Sequence record: MN871446.1
Strand: one strand, 5' to 3'
From: Klebsiella phage KpLz-2_45
DNA length: 64,000 bases
Positions 38,483-47,709 of the stretch are shown piece after piece (the first letter of the stretch is position 1; each line of letters opens with the position of its first letter). The translations under genes were made by a program, and so were the position numbers. The notes under the pieces are model-generated. The model did no database searches and had not been told where the DNA came from. It worked only from the letters and a program-made list of their open reading frames with translations.

Positions 38483-38584
38483 TTTCTTCTCCTGTTCTCA
38501 TTATCGTTAAATGCTTCACAGAATCCATCCTCAGCGGTTTTCTCTTCAAACCCGACCAAAGATATCTCTAAACAAAGAAAATGG

Positions 38585-39265
38585 TTAACGTTGCCAAATA
38601 GGGAGATTTCTTTTCTTCAGGTCTTTTACCCGTGACATCCAAAACCGATGACTCAGTCGATACGGATACGGTAACAATACCCGACCATTATCCACAGGTT
38701 CAATCGAGTCAGTAAAGTACGCGTTCGGACTGGAGATCGGATAGGTCGTCACGACGACATCGGTACCTGCCTTCTGTCTCTTTTCTAAACGCCTTTGAAA
38801 CCGCCGGAGCTTGTAACGGTTTGCTTTTCGTCTTTGAGGTTCTACCGCCAACCCGTAGTACTGCACAAACGCTTTGAGCGCTACAGTTAAACGAGCGTAG
38901 GGAGAGAGTGCCACTTTATCCCAATCCACTACGTGCCCTGAACCATCGTGTTCCACATCCATATTCGGGAACATCTCACCGACCAACCAATACTCGCTGA
39001 CACTGGTACTATAGCCCAGGGGTTGGAGCGAATCGAAGGCTTTCCCATCGACCTCAATCCACGCGTGCCAGCCGTGGTCATTCCAGACGGCGCTATAGCC
39101 TTTCTTCAGGAGCGCGACACTCAGCGCTTGTCGAACTTGATAACAGCACCCGTTACTGAGAATGAATCGACTCTCGTCGACTGTTTCGTATTTCGGTCCT
39201 GTCAGATGAAATAATGTAATCAACGTTTTTAAGCAATCTTGTACGTACAACTGAGCTTCGGTCAT
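38585..39265 (-). CDS. transglutaminase-like cysteine peptidase
   Basis: Cys-His-Asp core: NGCCYQ ... HAWIEVDGKAFD. Confidence 0.5.
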   Translation of the reverse strand: MTEAQLYVQDCLKTLITLFHLTGPKYETVDESRFILSNGCCYQVRQALSVALLKKGYSAVWNDHGWHAWIEVDGKAFDSLQPLGYSTSVSEYWLVGEMFPNMDVEHDGSGHVVDWDKVALSPYARLTVALKAFVQYYGLAVEPQRRKANRYKLRRFQRRLEKRQKAGTDVVVTTYPISSPNAYFTDSIEPVDNGRVLLPYPYRLSHRFWMSRVKDLKKRNLPIWQR

Positions 39266-39639
39266 TTCTCCTCCGTTTGGTATTTTAAGAGCATAAAACG
39301 AAGTCCCTCACGGACTCCGATAAATAGTTAATCAAATAGTATTTAAAAAATGATTACCCTAAAAGAATAGGTCAACCCCAGTAACCGGCAAGGATGTCGT
39401 TCAGTCTACTCGATCTCGCTCCGTTCCGTATCCTCCCCCTCTACGAGTGTGAGTCTACTACACTACTCTCGCTCTCGTTCCCTTCACTCCTCTCTTCTTG
39501 CCGGTTTCAATTTTGTTCATAATAATAAAAGTAGTAAAATTTTAATTTCCTCTATTCGAACGTTAGAGAGAATAGATTAGGAATATTTATTTCTTAGTTT
39601 ATTTAATCCTTGAATTAACGATACTAAAGAATCTTTCGA

Positions 39640-39682
39640 TAGAAAGAAATAAAACTCTCCCTCCTTCCGTCAGGAGAGAGAT
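39640..39682 (-). terminator. rho-independent terminator
   Basis: CTCTCC...GGAGAG hairpin followed by TTTTATTTC on the minus strand. Confidence 0.5.
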
Positions 39683-39717
39683 TGCCGTTCGGTATAAGTG
39701 AATAGGCGGCGGGGCGA

Positions 39718-40200
39718 TCAGCAGCGGCGAACCAGGTTGGCGGCTTTGAACATGGCCCGCGCCTTGTCGTCGAAGTGCGTCTCGTTTAAAATTCCTTCTC
39801 GTTTTAATTTCGTAAAGAAGCCGCAGCTTTGCAAGTCCCATGGATGCCAATAGACTTCTTTATCCTCTGCCTCTGGCATAATCGCTTTTACCAATTCTAC
39901 TGCTAAGCCGGTTCCCCGATAACTAGACCTCACGTAAAGCATTCCTTCCCAGACTCGTTTGTTCCCGCGTTCCCCTGGTATTAATACCACAACAGCGTCT
40001 TCCCGGTAGAAAATCGCTCGGCATGGAATCTCTCCTTGCCGTTGGTCGTAGAGCGCCTCTAACATTTTCCCTTTGTACAAATAGAGTTCGTGTTCCAGAC
40101 ACAAACGATAAATCTCGCTGCTGTCGTTAATCTGTACGAAAGTCTCTTTAAAACGTTCCGTGATAGTCTCTACGCTTTTTATTAGTTTTGGACGAGTCAT
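39718..40200 (-). CDS. GNAT family acetyltransferase
   Basis: YRGTGLAVELV acetyl-CoA-binding motif; 160 aa. Confidence 0.55.
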   Translation of the reverse strand: MTRPKLIKSVETITERFKETFVQINDSSEIYRLCLEHELYLYKGKMLEALYDQRQGEIPCRAIFYREDAVVVLIPGERGNKRVWEGMLYVRSSYRGTGLAVELVKAIMPEAEDKEVYWHPWDLQSCGFFTKLKREGILNETHFDDKARAMFKAANLVRRC

Positions 40201-40377
40201 TTTATTCCCCTGAAAATGAAATCGCTTACAGAGCTTCCTGTTAGCTCTATTAAGGTAATATATGTTTTAAACCAACTTCACTGGTTAATTAACTTCTTAC
40301 TATTTTAACGATAACAAAATAATTACACAGGCGCACGACTGAGAGAGGCAAAACCTCTCTCAGTCGATGTGTTTTAC

Positions 40378-42561
40378 TTAGATGATCTGATTCAAGTGTG
40401 CGGTACGTGTGCTCAATACCCTTCCCCGGAAGAGTACCTCTTTACTCCGCCAGTAGTCGAGATGTTTATCAATGTTCATGCAAACAAAGCAATGATAACT
40501 CTGTGGGAATTTCTTCTCCCCTTTGAGTTCACGCAAACGCCCTAACGCCTGAACGTTCGCGTTTGGTGAGTCAATCGCAACGGTCAGATAGGCTTGCGTC
40601 AAGTTAGGGATATCCACCGCGGTACCGGATTTACCAATCGTACTGAAAATGATATCCGAATCCAGTAACAATTGATAATCGTCTCCTGATGTAAAGGAGT
40701 TGATCACCAGTTCCGGGAGACGTTTCCTGAAGAACGTGGCCAGGCGCTGGCACATCTCAATAGTCGCCGAGAAGATTAACAGCTTATGTTCCCTTTTCCT
40801 CTTCTCTAACCAGTTATCCTTGGTGTAGTCAAAAAGCGATTCTTGCCACCGTTGCTCTCGTTGCCTGTCTGCCATGATCCAGGCTTCGTACGTCGTATGA
40901 CTGTACGACCCTTGACCTCCGACGACTTTCGCTTTCTGCCAATCCTTCAGATTATACTGGACTTTCACCAGATCGATATACCTACTTGGTTGCCCGCCAT
41001 TTCGCCGCAGTTTTTTCGGTAAGAAGGTTTCGTAGATGAAAAGTTGAAAATCCATCTTAGCCAATAACGTAGCGGTCAAATAAATCTTTTTCGGAACATG
41101 CGAATAGAGATCAGAGACAAAGTTCGCATGAATTTCTTTATGCGCTTCATCAATGATAACCAGACCTATCCCCAGAAACTCCCAGAGATCTCTCGGATTG
41201 ATATCTTCGCAATCAGTCCCAACCACTCTCCCGTTATTCCAGTTCTTGTAAAAGTCCCTCAACGTGGCTGTGGAAATGAAAATCGCCTTAACATTATCAA
41301 TACCGGTAGTCTTCGCTTCCCGTAATAAACGATAGAGCTTTACACAACCGCAGCACGAACGAACCTCTTCCGGCTTGAGATTGAGTTTAGCGTAAAACTC
41401 CGGTATCCATCGATCCTCGTAGCCGCCGAGTGTTACCACCGCAAAACGGGTTCCGTTATTCTTTGCCATCGCCAATGAACAAGCCGTGTTATGGGTCACG
41501 ATATAGTCATCGGTGATGTAGAGATGTTCAGGGTCATCAATCATGATGCACTGAGTGGCCTCAGGCTCGCGTTCTTCGATTGAAGTAATAGCTAACCGCT
41601 CTTGGGTGAAATCGACACGTAATGTGTCCCTTGCCTCATCTAAGTAGGCAAGGCCACCATAAGCCCGTGCGGTATATTGTATTGCCTCCAACAATTCAAG
41701 GCCCCCTAAACTAACCGTAAACTCCATTTCGTCCTGCGAGGTCTCTGTTACCATTCGGAAGTCGGCAGGTAAAGTCTGACCGAGAATGAGCGGCACAGAG
41801 AAAGAACTTTCCCCTAGCCGGTCTTTTATTTCGCGGGTCGTGATAACTTTATCTTGTTGTTCCTCGTTTTCTCGTACTGACCAGAGATGTTCCGGGTTAA
41901 CATCGGTATACCGCCCATCAGCAAAGTGGATACGCCAGACGTCAGTCACGCCCTGCGGGAAGACCCCTATGACAGAAGCGAGGCGCCTCTTAGGTGTCAC
42001 GACCTGTTGCCCGACTTTCATCTCGCCCATGGTTAACCAACCGTCAGGGACTCTGATCTTAGAAGAAAGCGTCTGAGCCTTACCGAACCCAGGCTCTGCG
42101 GTGATCGCTTTCTGGATACCGGGACCCGAACCGAATTCAATAATCGGCACCTGGTTATCCCACGGTGTGAAGTCCATCTCAAACTCAAACTTCACCGGTT
42201 CGTACATCGGAACAACATCGATTTCAAACGTGCAGCCATTCCATTGGTATTTTTCCGCTTCCTGTTTAAAGCGTTCCAGTGTGTTGATGTGGAAACACGT
42301 CTCTTCCGTTTCAAGGTCTCGGCGTGCGTAAACCTTGGTAGGTTCCATTCGGAATCGCCCACGTTTCTTCACTAAGTTTTTCTCAATAAAGTGCTCAGTG
42401 AATTGTCGACGGAATTGTCGGCCTTTGGCGGTATAGGCAAAAACGGAAAAGTAGTGGCTATATTGCGTGATACGTAGATCCAATGTCTTAGCCCTCACAG
42501 GTGATAATCGAATCTCGTAGATTCTTTTCTCTAGGTATAGGTCTCTATAGGAATTACTCAC
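40378..42561 (-). CDS. SF2 (DEAH-type) helicase interrupted by an intein
   Basis: Extein motifs GFGK|TACSLAMA (motif I split by the intein), VIIDEAHK (II), LTATL (III), QALGRLRE (VI). Confidence 0.65.
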   Translation of the reverse strand: MSNSYRDLYLEKRIYEIRLSPVRAKTLDLRITQYSHYFSVFAYTAKGRQFRRQFTEHFIEKNLVKKRGRFRMEPTKVYARRDLETEETCFHINTLERFKQEAEKYQWNGCTFEIDVVPMYEPVKFEFEMDFTPWDNQVPIIEFGSGPGIQKAITAEPGFGKAQTLSSKIRVPDGWLTMGEMKVGQQVVTPKRRLASVIGVFPQGVTDVWRIHFADGRYTDVNPEHLWSVRENEEQQDKVITTREIKDRLGESSFSVPLILGQTLPADFRMVTETSQDEMEFTVSLGGLELLEAIQYTARAYGGLAYLDEARDTLRVDFTQERLAITSIEEREPEATQCIMIDDPEHLYITDDYIVTHNTACSLAMAKNNGTRFAVVTLGGYEDRWIPEFYAKLNLKPEEVRSCCGCVKLYRLLREAKTTGIDNVKAIFISTATLRDFYKNWNNGRVVGTDCEDINPRDLWEFLGIGLVIIDEAHKEIHANFVSDLYSHVPKKIYLTATLLAKMDFQLFIYETFLPKKLRRNGGQPSRYIDLVKVQYNLKDWQKAKVVGGQGSYSHTTYEAWIMADRQREQRWQESLFDYTKDNWLEKRKREHKLLIFSATIEMCQRLATFFRKRLPELVINSFTSGDDYQLLLDSDIIFSTIGKSGTAVDIPNLTQAYLTVAIDSPNANVQALGRLRELKGEKKFPQSYHCFVCMNIDKHLDYWRSKEVLFRGRVLSTRTAHLNQII
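41488..42078 (-). mobile_element. mini-intein (197 aa, no endonuclease domain), probably class 3 (Ala1, WCT)
   Basis: Inserted between GFGK and T of Walker A; Hint block A-like PDGWLTMGEMKVGQ; block B TDVNPEHLW (His..Trp); block F EATQCIMIDD (Cys); C-terminal VTHN then +1 Thr. Confidence 0.6.
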
Positions 42562-42585
42562 TTAGTGTAAAAATACCGTAGATAA

Positions 42586-42622
42586 AACAAAAAAAAGAAG
42601 GAGGGAATTACCCCTCCTTCTC
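42586..42622. terminator. symmetric bidirectional terminator
   Basis: A8, GAAGGAGGG-AATTA-CCCCTCCTTC, T-run on the minus strand. Confidence 0.6.
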
Positions 42623-42627
42623 TCACC

Positions 42628-44595
42628 TTAGATACGTTTTAAACGCATTTCCTTATCGACATCCAACAACAGATAGTCGAAGGGATGGTTCTCTTTAATC
42701 GGGTCATACGAGCCCGGAGAGAGCATGTTTTGATACTGCTTCTCGTAAGCACATTTCACCGAGAGACTCCGTCCAGACATGATATCGGATTTCGTAGCGA
42801 AGTAACGTCCCGTCCCTTTCTTCGGTAAACGGAAATCGCCATTCTTCGGATCACGCGACATCATGGCGTAAAGGACAATTTCCACAATCGCCAGGTTAAC
42901 CGAGAACTTACGGTTCGTCATTTCCGAAATGTCTTTCAACGCCATCGCCAGAATGTCAGGGTCGGTTAAGTCATACCGTAACCGCTCTTTCGATTCCTTA
43001 CTCGACATGAAGATATTGGATTTTAACTCCATCATCATCTCGAGCGTCGAGCTATGACGTTCCGGGAATTTCAGAATACTTTCTGAAGGGTCCCAGTTTT
43101 TCAGATCAACCCGAATCTTACGCCCTAAGTTCTGGAAACCGTAATCCTTCATGTGCTGAATAAAGGCAGCGGTTAAGAACGGTTTATAAGACGAATGACT
43201 TGTAGCGATCAATTCTTCCTTGATAGTCCCTTTGACATCGCCTTGGTGAACGATGATCATGACGTCTTCTACGCCTGAAATACGGCGGAGGTCATTTTGA
43301 CTGAACTCGGTCATCGCATGAATATCGGAAAGACGTGGCAGATACGCCATATCGATTTCGATTTCCACATGATGATTCCAGATCGCCTCAGACAGCATCA
43401 GCTCAGAAATATCCGACGCATTGACCATATAGTCCTTATAGAACGGATCGATTTCAAAACCTTCCGTCTCAGCAGAGCGCAGAAGGTGTTTCGTCGAGAT
43501 AACGTCCTGAGAGACCTTTTCGTTCTGGGTTACGGTTGCAGCATGTCCCAGGTTAGTGCCTCGTTGTACGGATCGCGCCAACTGGCCCATACAGGTGCTA
43601 CAGACTACGCCGTCATCGGGGTGCCAACAACACGCCACATTCCGCAGCTGGATCGTTTTCCCTACCAGGAAGACGTCTCCTGCCTTAATGGCTTTGAGTT
43701 GTCCTGTTTCAGTGAGATAAAACTTACCGGGTAAGATATTATCCAGTTCGTTTTTCTTCACCGTCCACGGGATCGTTTCCGTACTTCCGCAATCCCCCAT
43801 CCAAATGCTCTTCACAACGTACGTAAAGAGCTGCAGCTCACGGTTATAATACTCCGTCTGCTTAACAGGATCGTCCGTCGCCTGGAGCGCTTTAGAGGCG
43901 TCTCTGGAGATCATGGCGAAGAAACTGGCCCGATGTATCCCTTCGAAGAAACCCGCATTGACGACGTTAGGAAAGATGCTCTGATCAACTTCAGAACACC
44001 ACCCTCGTTTCCCGATGACCTGGTGGAACTGCGCCATCTTCGTCTGACCGATGTGACAGGCCAGCGCCATGCTGTTCCCTTGTAAGAAGGGGTCAGTGGC
44101 AATCACACGGGAAATCACCCCGTATGCACGGTTGACCCCGCCAGGGCTCGGTTCCATGTTATAGAGCGCATTCTGGATCTCAGGGCGGTCGTAGATATCC
44201 AATAACGTCAGAACATCAACGGTATCGATATACGCCTCGCCGCGCGTCGTGAAGGCATTGTGTAACCGGTTATTGCCGCGATAGATAGCAGCCTGTAGGT
44301 TTTCAATGTCTTCATGCGGATACGCTTCGAGAACAACCTCCTTCATGCGGTTGAGGATTTTTAATTCCAACCCCGGCGAATCAAAGTCATCCCAGAGATG
44401 ATGACGAATACTGATTTGTGCGTCAGGGTAGTCTCGAAATACCTCCCAGAAATACCAACTAACAATCGTCTGCGACCAATCTGTAATGATCTCGCCATCA
44501 CTGAAGACTAAACGAAATCGATCGTGGTCGTGTTCCTTTTTCCAGAGTTCTTCCTCGGTCCAGTGTACGATGTCTTCTGCCCACACAACTTGCAT
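42628..44595 (-). CDS. hypothetical protein translationally coupled to the RNAP beta-like gene (candidate RNAP subunit)
   Basis: TAATG overlap with the upstream beta-like gene; Cys cluster CCWHPDDGVVCSTCMG; no NADFDGD. Confidence 0.45.
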   Translation of the reverse strand: MQVVWAEDIVHWTEEELWKKEHDHDRFRLVFSDGEIITDWSQTIVSWYFWEVFRDYPDAQISIRHHLWDDFDSPGLELKILNRMKEVVLEAYPHEDIENLQAAIYRGNNRLHNAFTTRGEAYIDTVDVLTLLDIYDRPEIQNALYNMEPSPGGVNRAYGVISRVIATDPFLQGNSMALACHIGQTKMAQFHQVIGKRGWCSEVDQSIFPNVVNAGFFEGIHRASFFAMISRDASKALQATDDPVKQTEYYNRELQLFTYVVKSIWMGDCGSTETIPWTVKKNELDNILPGKFYLTETGQLKAIKAGDVFLVGKTIQLRNVACCWHPDDGVVCSTCMGQLARSVQRGTNLGHAATVTQNEKVSQDVISTKHLLRSAETEGFEIDPFYKDYMVNASDISELMLSEAIWNHHVEIEIDMAYLPRLSDIHAMTEFSQNDLRRISGVEDVMIIVHQGDVKGTIKEELIATSHSSYKPFLTAAFIQHMKDYGFQNLGRKIRVDLKNWDPSESILKFPERHSSTLEMMMELKSNIFMSSKESKERLRYDLTDPDILAMALKDISEMTNRKFSVNLAIVEIVLYAMMSRDPKNGDFRLPKKGTGRYFATKSDIMSGRSLSVKCAYEKQYQNMLSPGSYDPIKENHPFDYLLLDVDKEMRLKRI

Positions 44596-46865
44596 TATTC
44601 ATCCTCTTCGAGCGCGTCGTTATCTTCTTCTGGAATTTCAAACTCATCTTCCAGTTCCGGGTCTTCATCGTAGTTGATTTCTATTTCAGGAATGTCGGAG
44701 AAATCGTCTCTGTAACCCGGCTTGGTTCGGGTTGCCGCTCGGATTTTCTCTTCTTCCACTGGGGTAATGTTATCCACGTTCATGTACGCCATTTTCACCC
44801 CTGAGCAATAGAGTGTATTGTTCAGATAGTTCAGCGCCATGCTGTTACCCAGCGGGATCTCGTTACGGTCAATACAGAAATCGAGATCAACAGGGTTTTC
44901 CGCAGAGATAATCTTACTCCATTGGTATTCCTGCGCTTTCGGGTTATTGGCACGATCCAGCATATCAGCCGCCCACTTCCCGCCAACGATACCAACATAG
45001 TTTCGAATCTCCGATTCACCGAAGAGACGGAACGGGATTTTACGGAAAGGTAAGTTGAAACGCTCACGACCGGAAGGCTTGGTAGGAACACCATGCACCT
45101 GTCGTTTAGCGATATCCACTGCACCCCAGTCATGGCCGGTTTTCTCAAGGACAATGACCTTGATTTCCCCGATCATCGTTGGCTTCGTACTGGTAACACG
45201 TTCGCCCAGATCATTGATCCAGGTAACATGCTCAACCGGTTCAGGAAATGCCTCACGTAACCGCCGACATTGTTCTGCCCCCAGGCCCGGTGTGTACGGC
45301 GGCATATAGGCGAAAATCGCATCTTCTGCCACGGCATCAACGTGTTGTTTAATCCGATCAAACGACCAATTTTGCTGATCAATCTTATCGAGATAAACAG
45401 GCGTCGCCGCCCGATAATAACGACGAAGTAATTCGTAACATTCGAGATACGTCTCCTTACTCTTACTCTCCTTCAGCATGGCACGAATCGGTTTCTCCAC
45501 CCGCTGTTCGGCGATGTAATTACAATACTGCTCGATGAACATACTGGGGTTCATTCGGTTTGCAATGCTGAAACCGTCAACGATCAGGTCAGCAGTCGTT
45601 CCGTCTTCATAACGCGGCATTTTAGCACGAGGTTTCTTCGCACAGATAACGCCTTTCATGCCATAGTCAGTCGAGAGCTTATAACCGATAGTGGGGGTGA
45701 TGTCGTACATGAAAGAGATCTTCACGTACAGCGTGGGGATGCTCTGTTTCTTTAAACGGAAACGTCGTTTTCCTTCTGGGGCCGAAGTGAAGACGATTGC
45801 ATCGGTGATAAGTCGATGAAGTTTCTTCGACAACGCGGGTTCCTTTCCTTGCCCTGCTTCACGACGCAGTTGACGATAGACTTTGACGATCGCATCCATG
45901 TAACGCAATTTCGCTTTCCACAGACGTGTGATAGCATCATCTTCACCGTATTCTTTCCCGGTGAACTCCGGCATGGCATCCAGTTTATCCCCATCAGACA
46001 TCCACAGGTCGATATCAACGACTCGCGCATTCTCAACGCCTGCTTCGATAAAATATTTCTCATCGAAATAGTAGTCGTAATCTTCCATGGCCTCCGCCGT
46101 CATTTCGACACAACCTAACATGTCGTCATATTCGCGCAGCGCCATTAAGAGTCCGTCTTTACGAATCTGCTCACCTGGTAACGGAAGAGGACGATAACGT
46201 TTACTGTTCCCGTAGGTATTGATCGGATACTTACCTTTAGGAACAATAATCGTGACCTCGCCAAAGCCCGTGGTCTGATTCTCCTTACACCATTCTTCTG
46301 ACACCAGAAAACCGTCTTCGGTCACAGCGTGATGACTTTGGAAGGTTGTTTTGGTACGGGTAGCATAAATGTAATCGCCGTCTGGCGTTACCCCCGGAGA
46401 ACGATTGAGTCGAACTCCTCGTTGAAGAATCTCGCCAGGTCGCATGAGTTTTTGATTCTCTATGACCGGGACGAATTCAAAGCCGAAGCTAGTGTGATGA
46501 GAACAATAGGTATCGTAGTCCAGGTAGTCGTATTCACGCGTTTCCATGTTACGTACGATAACAATCTTTTTCGGGTTACTTTTAAAACTCTCGGAACCTC
46601 GACCCACCTCAAACTTGTCGATTACCGCAATCACTTCCGCAGGGAACTGAACGCGACAACCGAAAGTATATTCGGCATACTCTTTCTCAACACCCACGAA
46701 AAAGCGGGGTCGATTGATCCCTTTTGTGATCAGTTTTTGCTGTATCTGCGATGCCAGCATAACCAAACGAGAAGGCGATGTACAAACTGCCCAGGGTCCG
46801 AGGTGAGTGGCTGTCCCTATCAGATCAACATCCATTTGATGTTCATTAGGTAACTTTTCTCTCAT
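44595..46865 (-). CDS. multisubunit RNA polymerase beta-like subunit (C-terminal catalytic region)
   Basis: DYGMKGVICAK resembles GRHGNKGVISK; TADLIVDGFSIANRMNPS resembles PVDIVLNPLGVPSRMNIGQ; GG..RFGE-like segment. Confidence 0.65.
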   Translation of the reverse strand: MREKLPNEHQMDVDLIGTATHLGPWAVCTSPSRLVMLASQIQQKLITKGINRPRFFVGVEKEYAEYTFGCRVQFPAEVIAVIDKFEVGRGSESFKSNPKKIVIVRNMETREYDYLDYDTYCSHHTSFGFEFVPVIENQKLMRPGEILQRGVRLNRSPGVTPDGDYIYATRTKTTFQSHHAVTEDGFLVSEEWCKENQTTGFGEVTIIVPKGKYPINTYGNSKRYRPLPLPGEQIRKDGLLMALREYDDMLGCVEMTAEAMEDYDYYFDEKYFIEAGVENARVVDIDLWMSDGDKLDAMPEFTGKEYGEDDAITRLWKAKLRYMDAIVKVYRQLRREAGQGKEPALSKKLHRLITDAIVFTSAPEGKRRFRLKKQSIPTLYVKISFMYDITPTIGYKLSTDYGMKGVICAKKPRAKMPRYEDGTTADLIVDGFSIANRMNPSMFIEQYCNYIAEQRVEKPIRAMLKESKSKETYLECYELLRRYYRAATPVYLDKIDQQNWSFDRIKQHVDAVAEDAIFAYMPPYTPGLGAEQCRRLREAFPEPVEHVTWINDLGERVTSTKPTMIGEIKVIVLEKTGHDWGAVDIAKRQVHGVPTKPSGRERFNLPFRKIPFRLFGESEIRNYVGIVGGKWAADMLDRANNPKAQEYQWSKIISAENPVDLDFCIDRNEIPLGNSMALNYLNNTLYCSGVKMAYMNVDNITPVEEEKIRAATRTKPGYRDDFSDIPEIEINYDEDPELEDEFEIPEEDNDALEEDE

Positions 46866-46936
46866 GACAGACTAAACCCCTTTATGCTTCTTTCACGATA
46901 GTTAAAAATAGATTTAGACTCAGTGTCTAAACAGCC

Positions 46937-46956
46937 TTCAATAGAGTGATATATTC
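46937..46956 (-). promoter_or_regulatory. phage promoter-like motif (TTCAATAGAGTGATATATTC on plus, ATATATCACTCTATTGAA on the transcribed strand) upstream of the RNAP beta-like gene
   Basis: Near-identical copies at 21014..21033, 24828..24847, 32308..32325, 52109..52128, 60401..60420, and a weaker copy at 40244..40265, each 23-90 nt upstream of a minus-strand start codon. Confidence 0.5.
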
Positions 46957-46982
46957 TTTAAGTCAGTTGGAGAAACCTTGTT

Positions 46983-47333
46983 ATGGCAGAACCTTTAATA
47001 ACGAAATTGAGGAACCCAGGACAACCTCAATATTACACGGAAAGTTGGCTGAATTGTGTTGAAGATCATTTACTGTTCCTTCAAGACCCAGGGAACGGCG
47101 AAACTTACCGTCCCACGGGAATGGAGCGAGCACGGTATAAAGGAAGGTTCTACGCTTTCCTCCGTGACGTAGCGAAGGTAACACAACCACAATACTTTTA
47201 CCCTTATCTTCGTGCTAACAACATGACATCACCTGATCAATTCGGGGAAAAGTTTGATTTGCTCATCTTCCCTTCAATCAATAAAATCGAGCAGATATAC
47301 ACGCGGTATACGTCGTCTCTGCCGACGAATTAA
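46983..47333 (+). CDS. hypothetical protein
   Basis: 116 aa plus-strand ORF in a gap between minus-strand operons. Confidence 0.35.
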   Translation: MAEPLITKLRNPGQPQYYTESWLNCVEDHLLFLQDPGNGETYRPTGMERARYKGRFYAFLRDVAKVTQPQYFYPYLRANNMTSPDQFGEKFDLLIFPSINKIEQIYTRYTSSLPTN

Positions 47334-47374
47334 AAGGTTTTCTATATCATTAGACCCAGCCGTTGAAAATGAGA

Positions 47375-47413
47375 AAACAAAAAATAAAGAGAAGAGGCGA
47401 AAACCTCTTCTCG
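47375..47413 (-). terminator. rho-independent terminator
   Basis: GAGAAGAGG-TTTTCG-CCTCTTCTC then T-run on the minus strand. Confidence 0.55.
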
Positions 47414-47424
47414 TTTATAACGAA

Positions 47425-47655
47425 TTAATTGGGTTCGAAAACATCGGGCGAGTAGCTAAGAAAGTTGTCTACAGCACCGACCGGTATTTCCAGAAACGCA
47501 GCAATTTCTTCGTTGAGATAACCCCGTTCAGCCGCCGATACCACCAAACGATGTAAGTGATTATCGATCGTTGTCCGGTAGAGATTAACTTGTGCCTCGA
47601 CGTCGTCGAGGATAAGTTTCATCTGCGAATCTTCTTTTGATTGACGCATTTTCAT
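47425..47655 (-). CDS. hypothetical protein
   Basis: 76 aa ORF. Confidence 0.4.
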   Translation of the reverse strand: MKMRQSKEDSQMKLILDDVEAQVNLYRTTIDNHLHRLVVSAAERGYLNEEIAAFLEIPVGAVDNFLSYSPDVFEPN

Positions 47656-47674
47656 CTCCTTAAAAGAACAGATT

Positions 47675-47706
47675 GAGAGAGGGCAAATGCCCTCTCTCGG
47701 TTTTAT
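47675..47706. terminator. hairpin terminator
   Basis: GAGAGAGGGC-AAAT-GCCCTCTCTC then GGTTTTAT. Confidence 0.5.
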
Positions 47707-47709
47707 GTC

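Noticed and set aside
46329-46853. 174 aa plus-strand ORF inside the RNAP beta-like gene
   Set aside because: Antisense to a well-supported conserved gene; no RBS.
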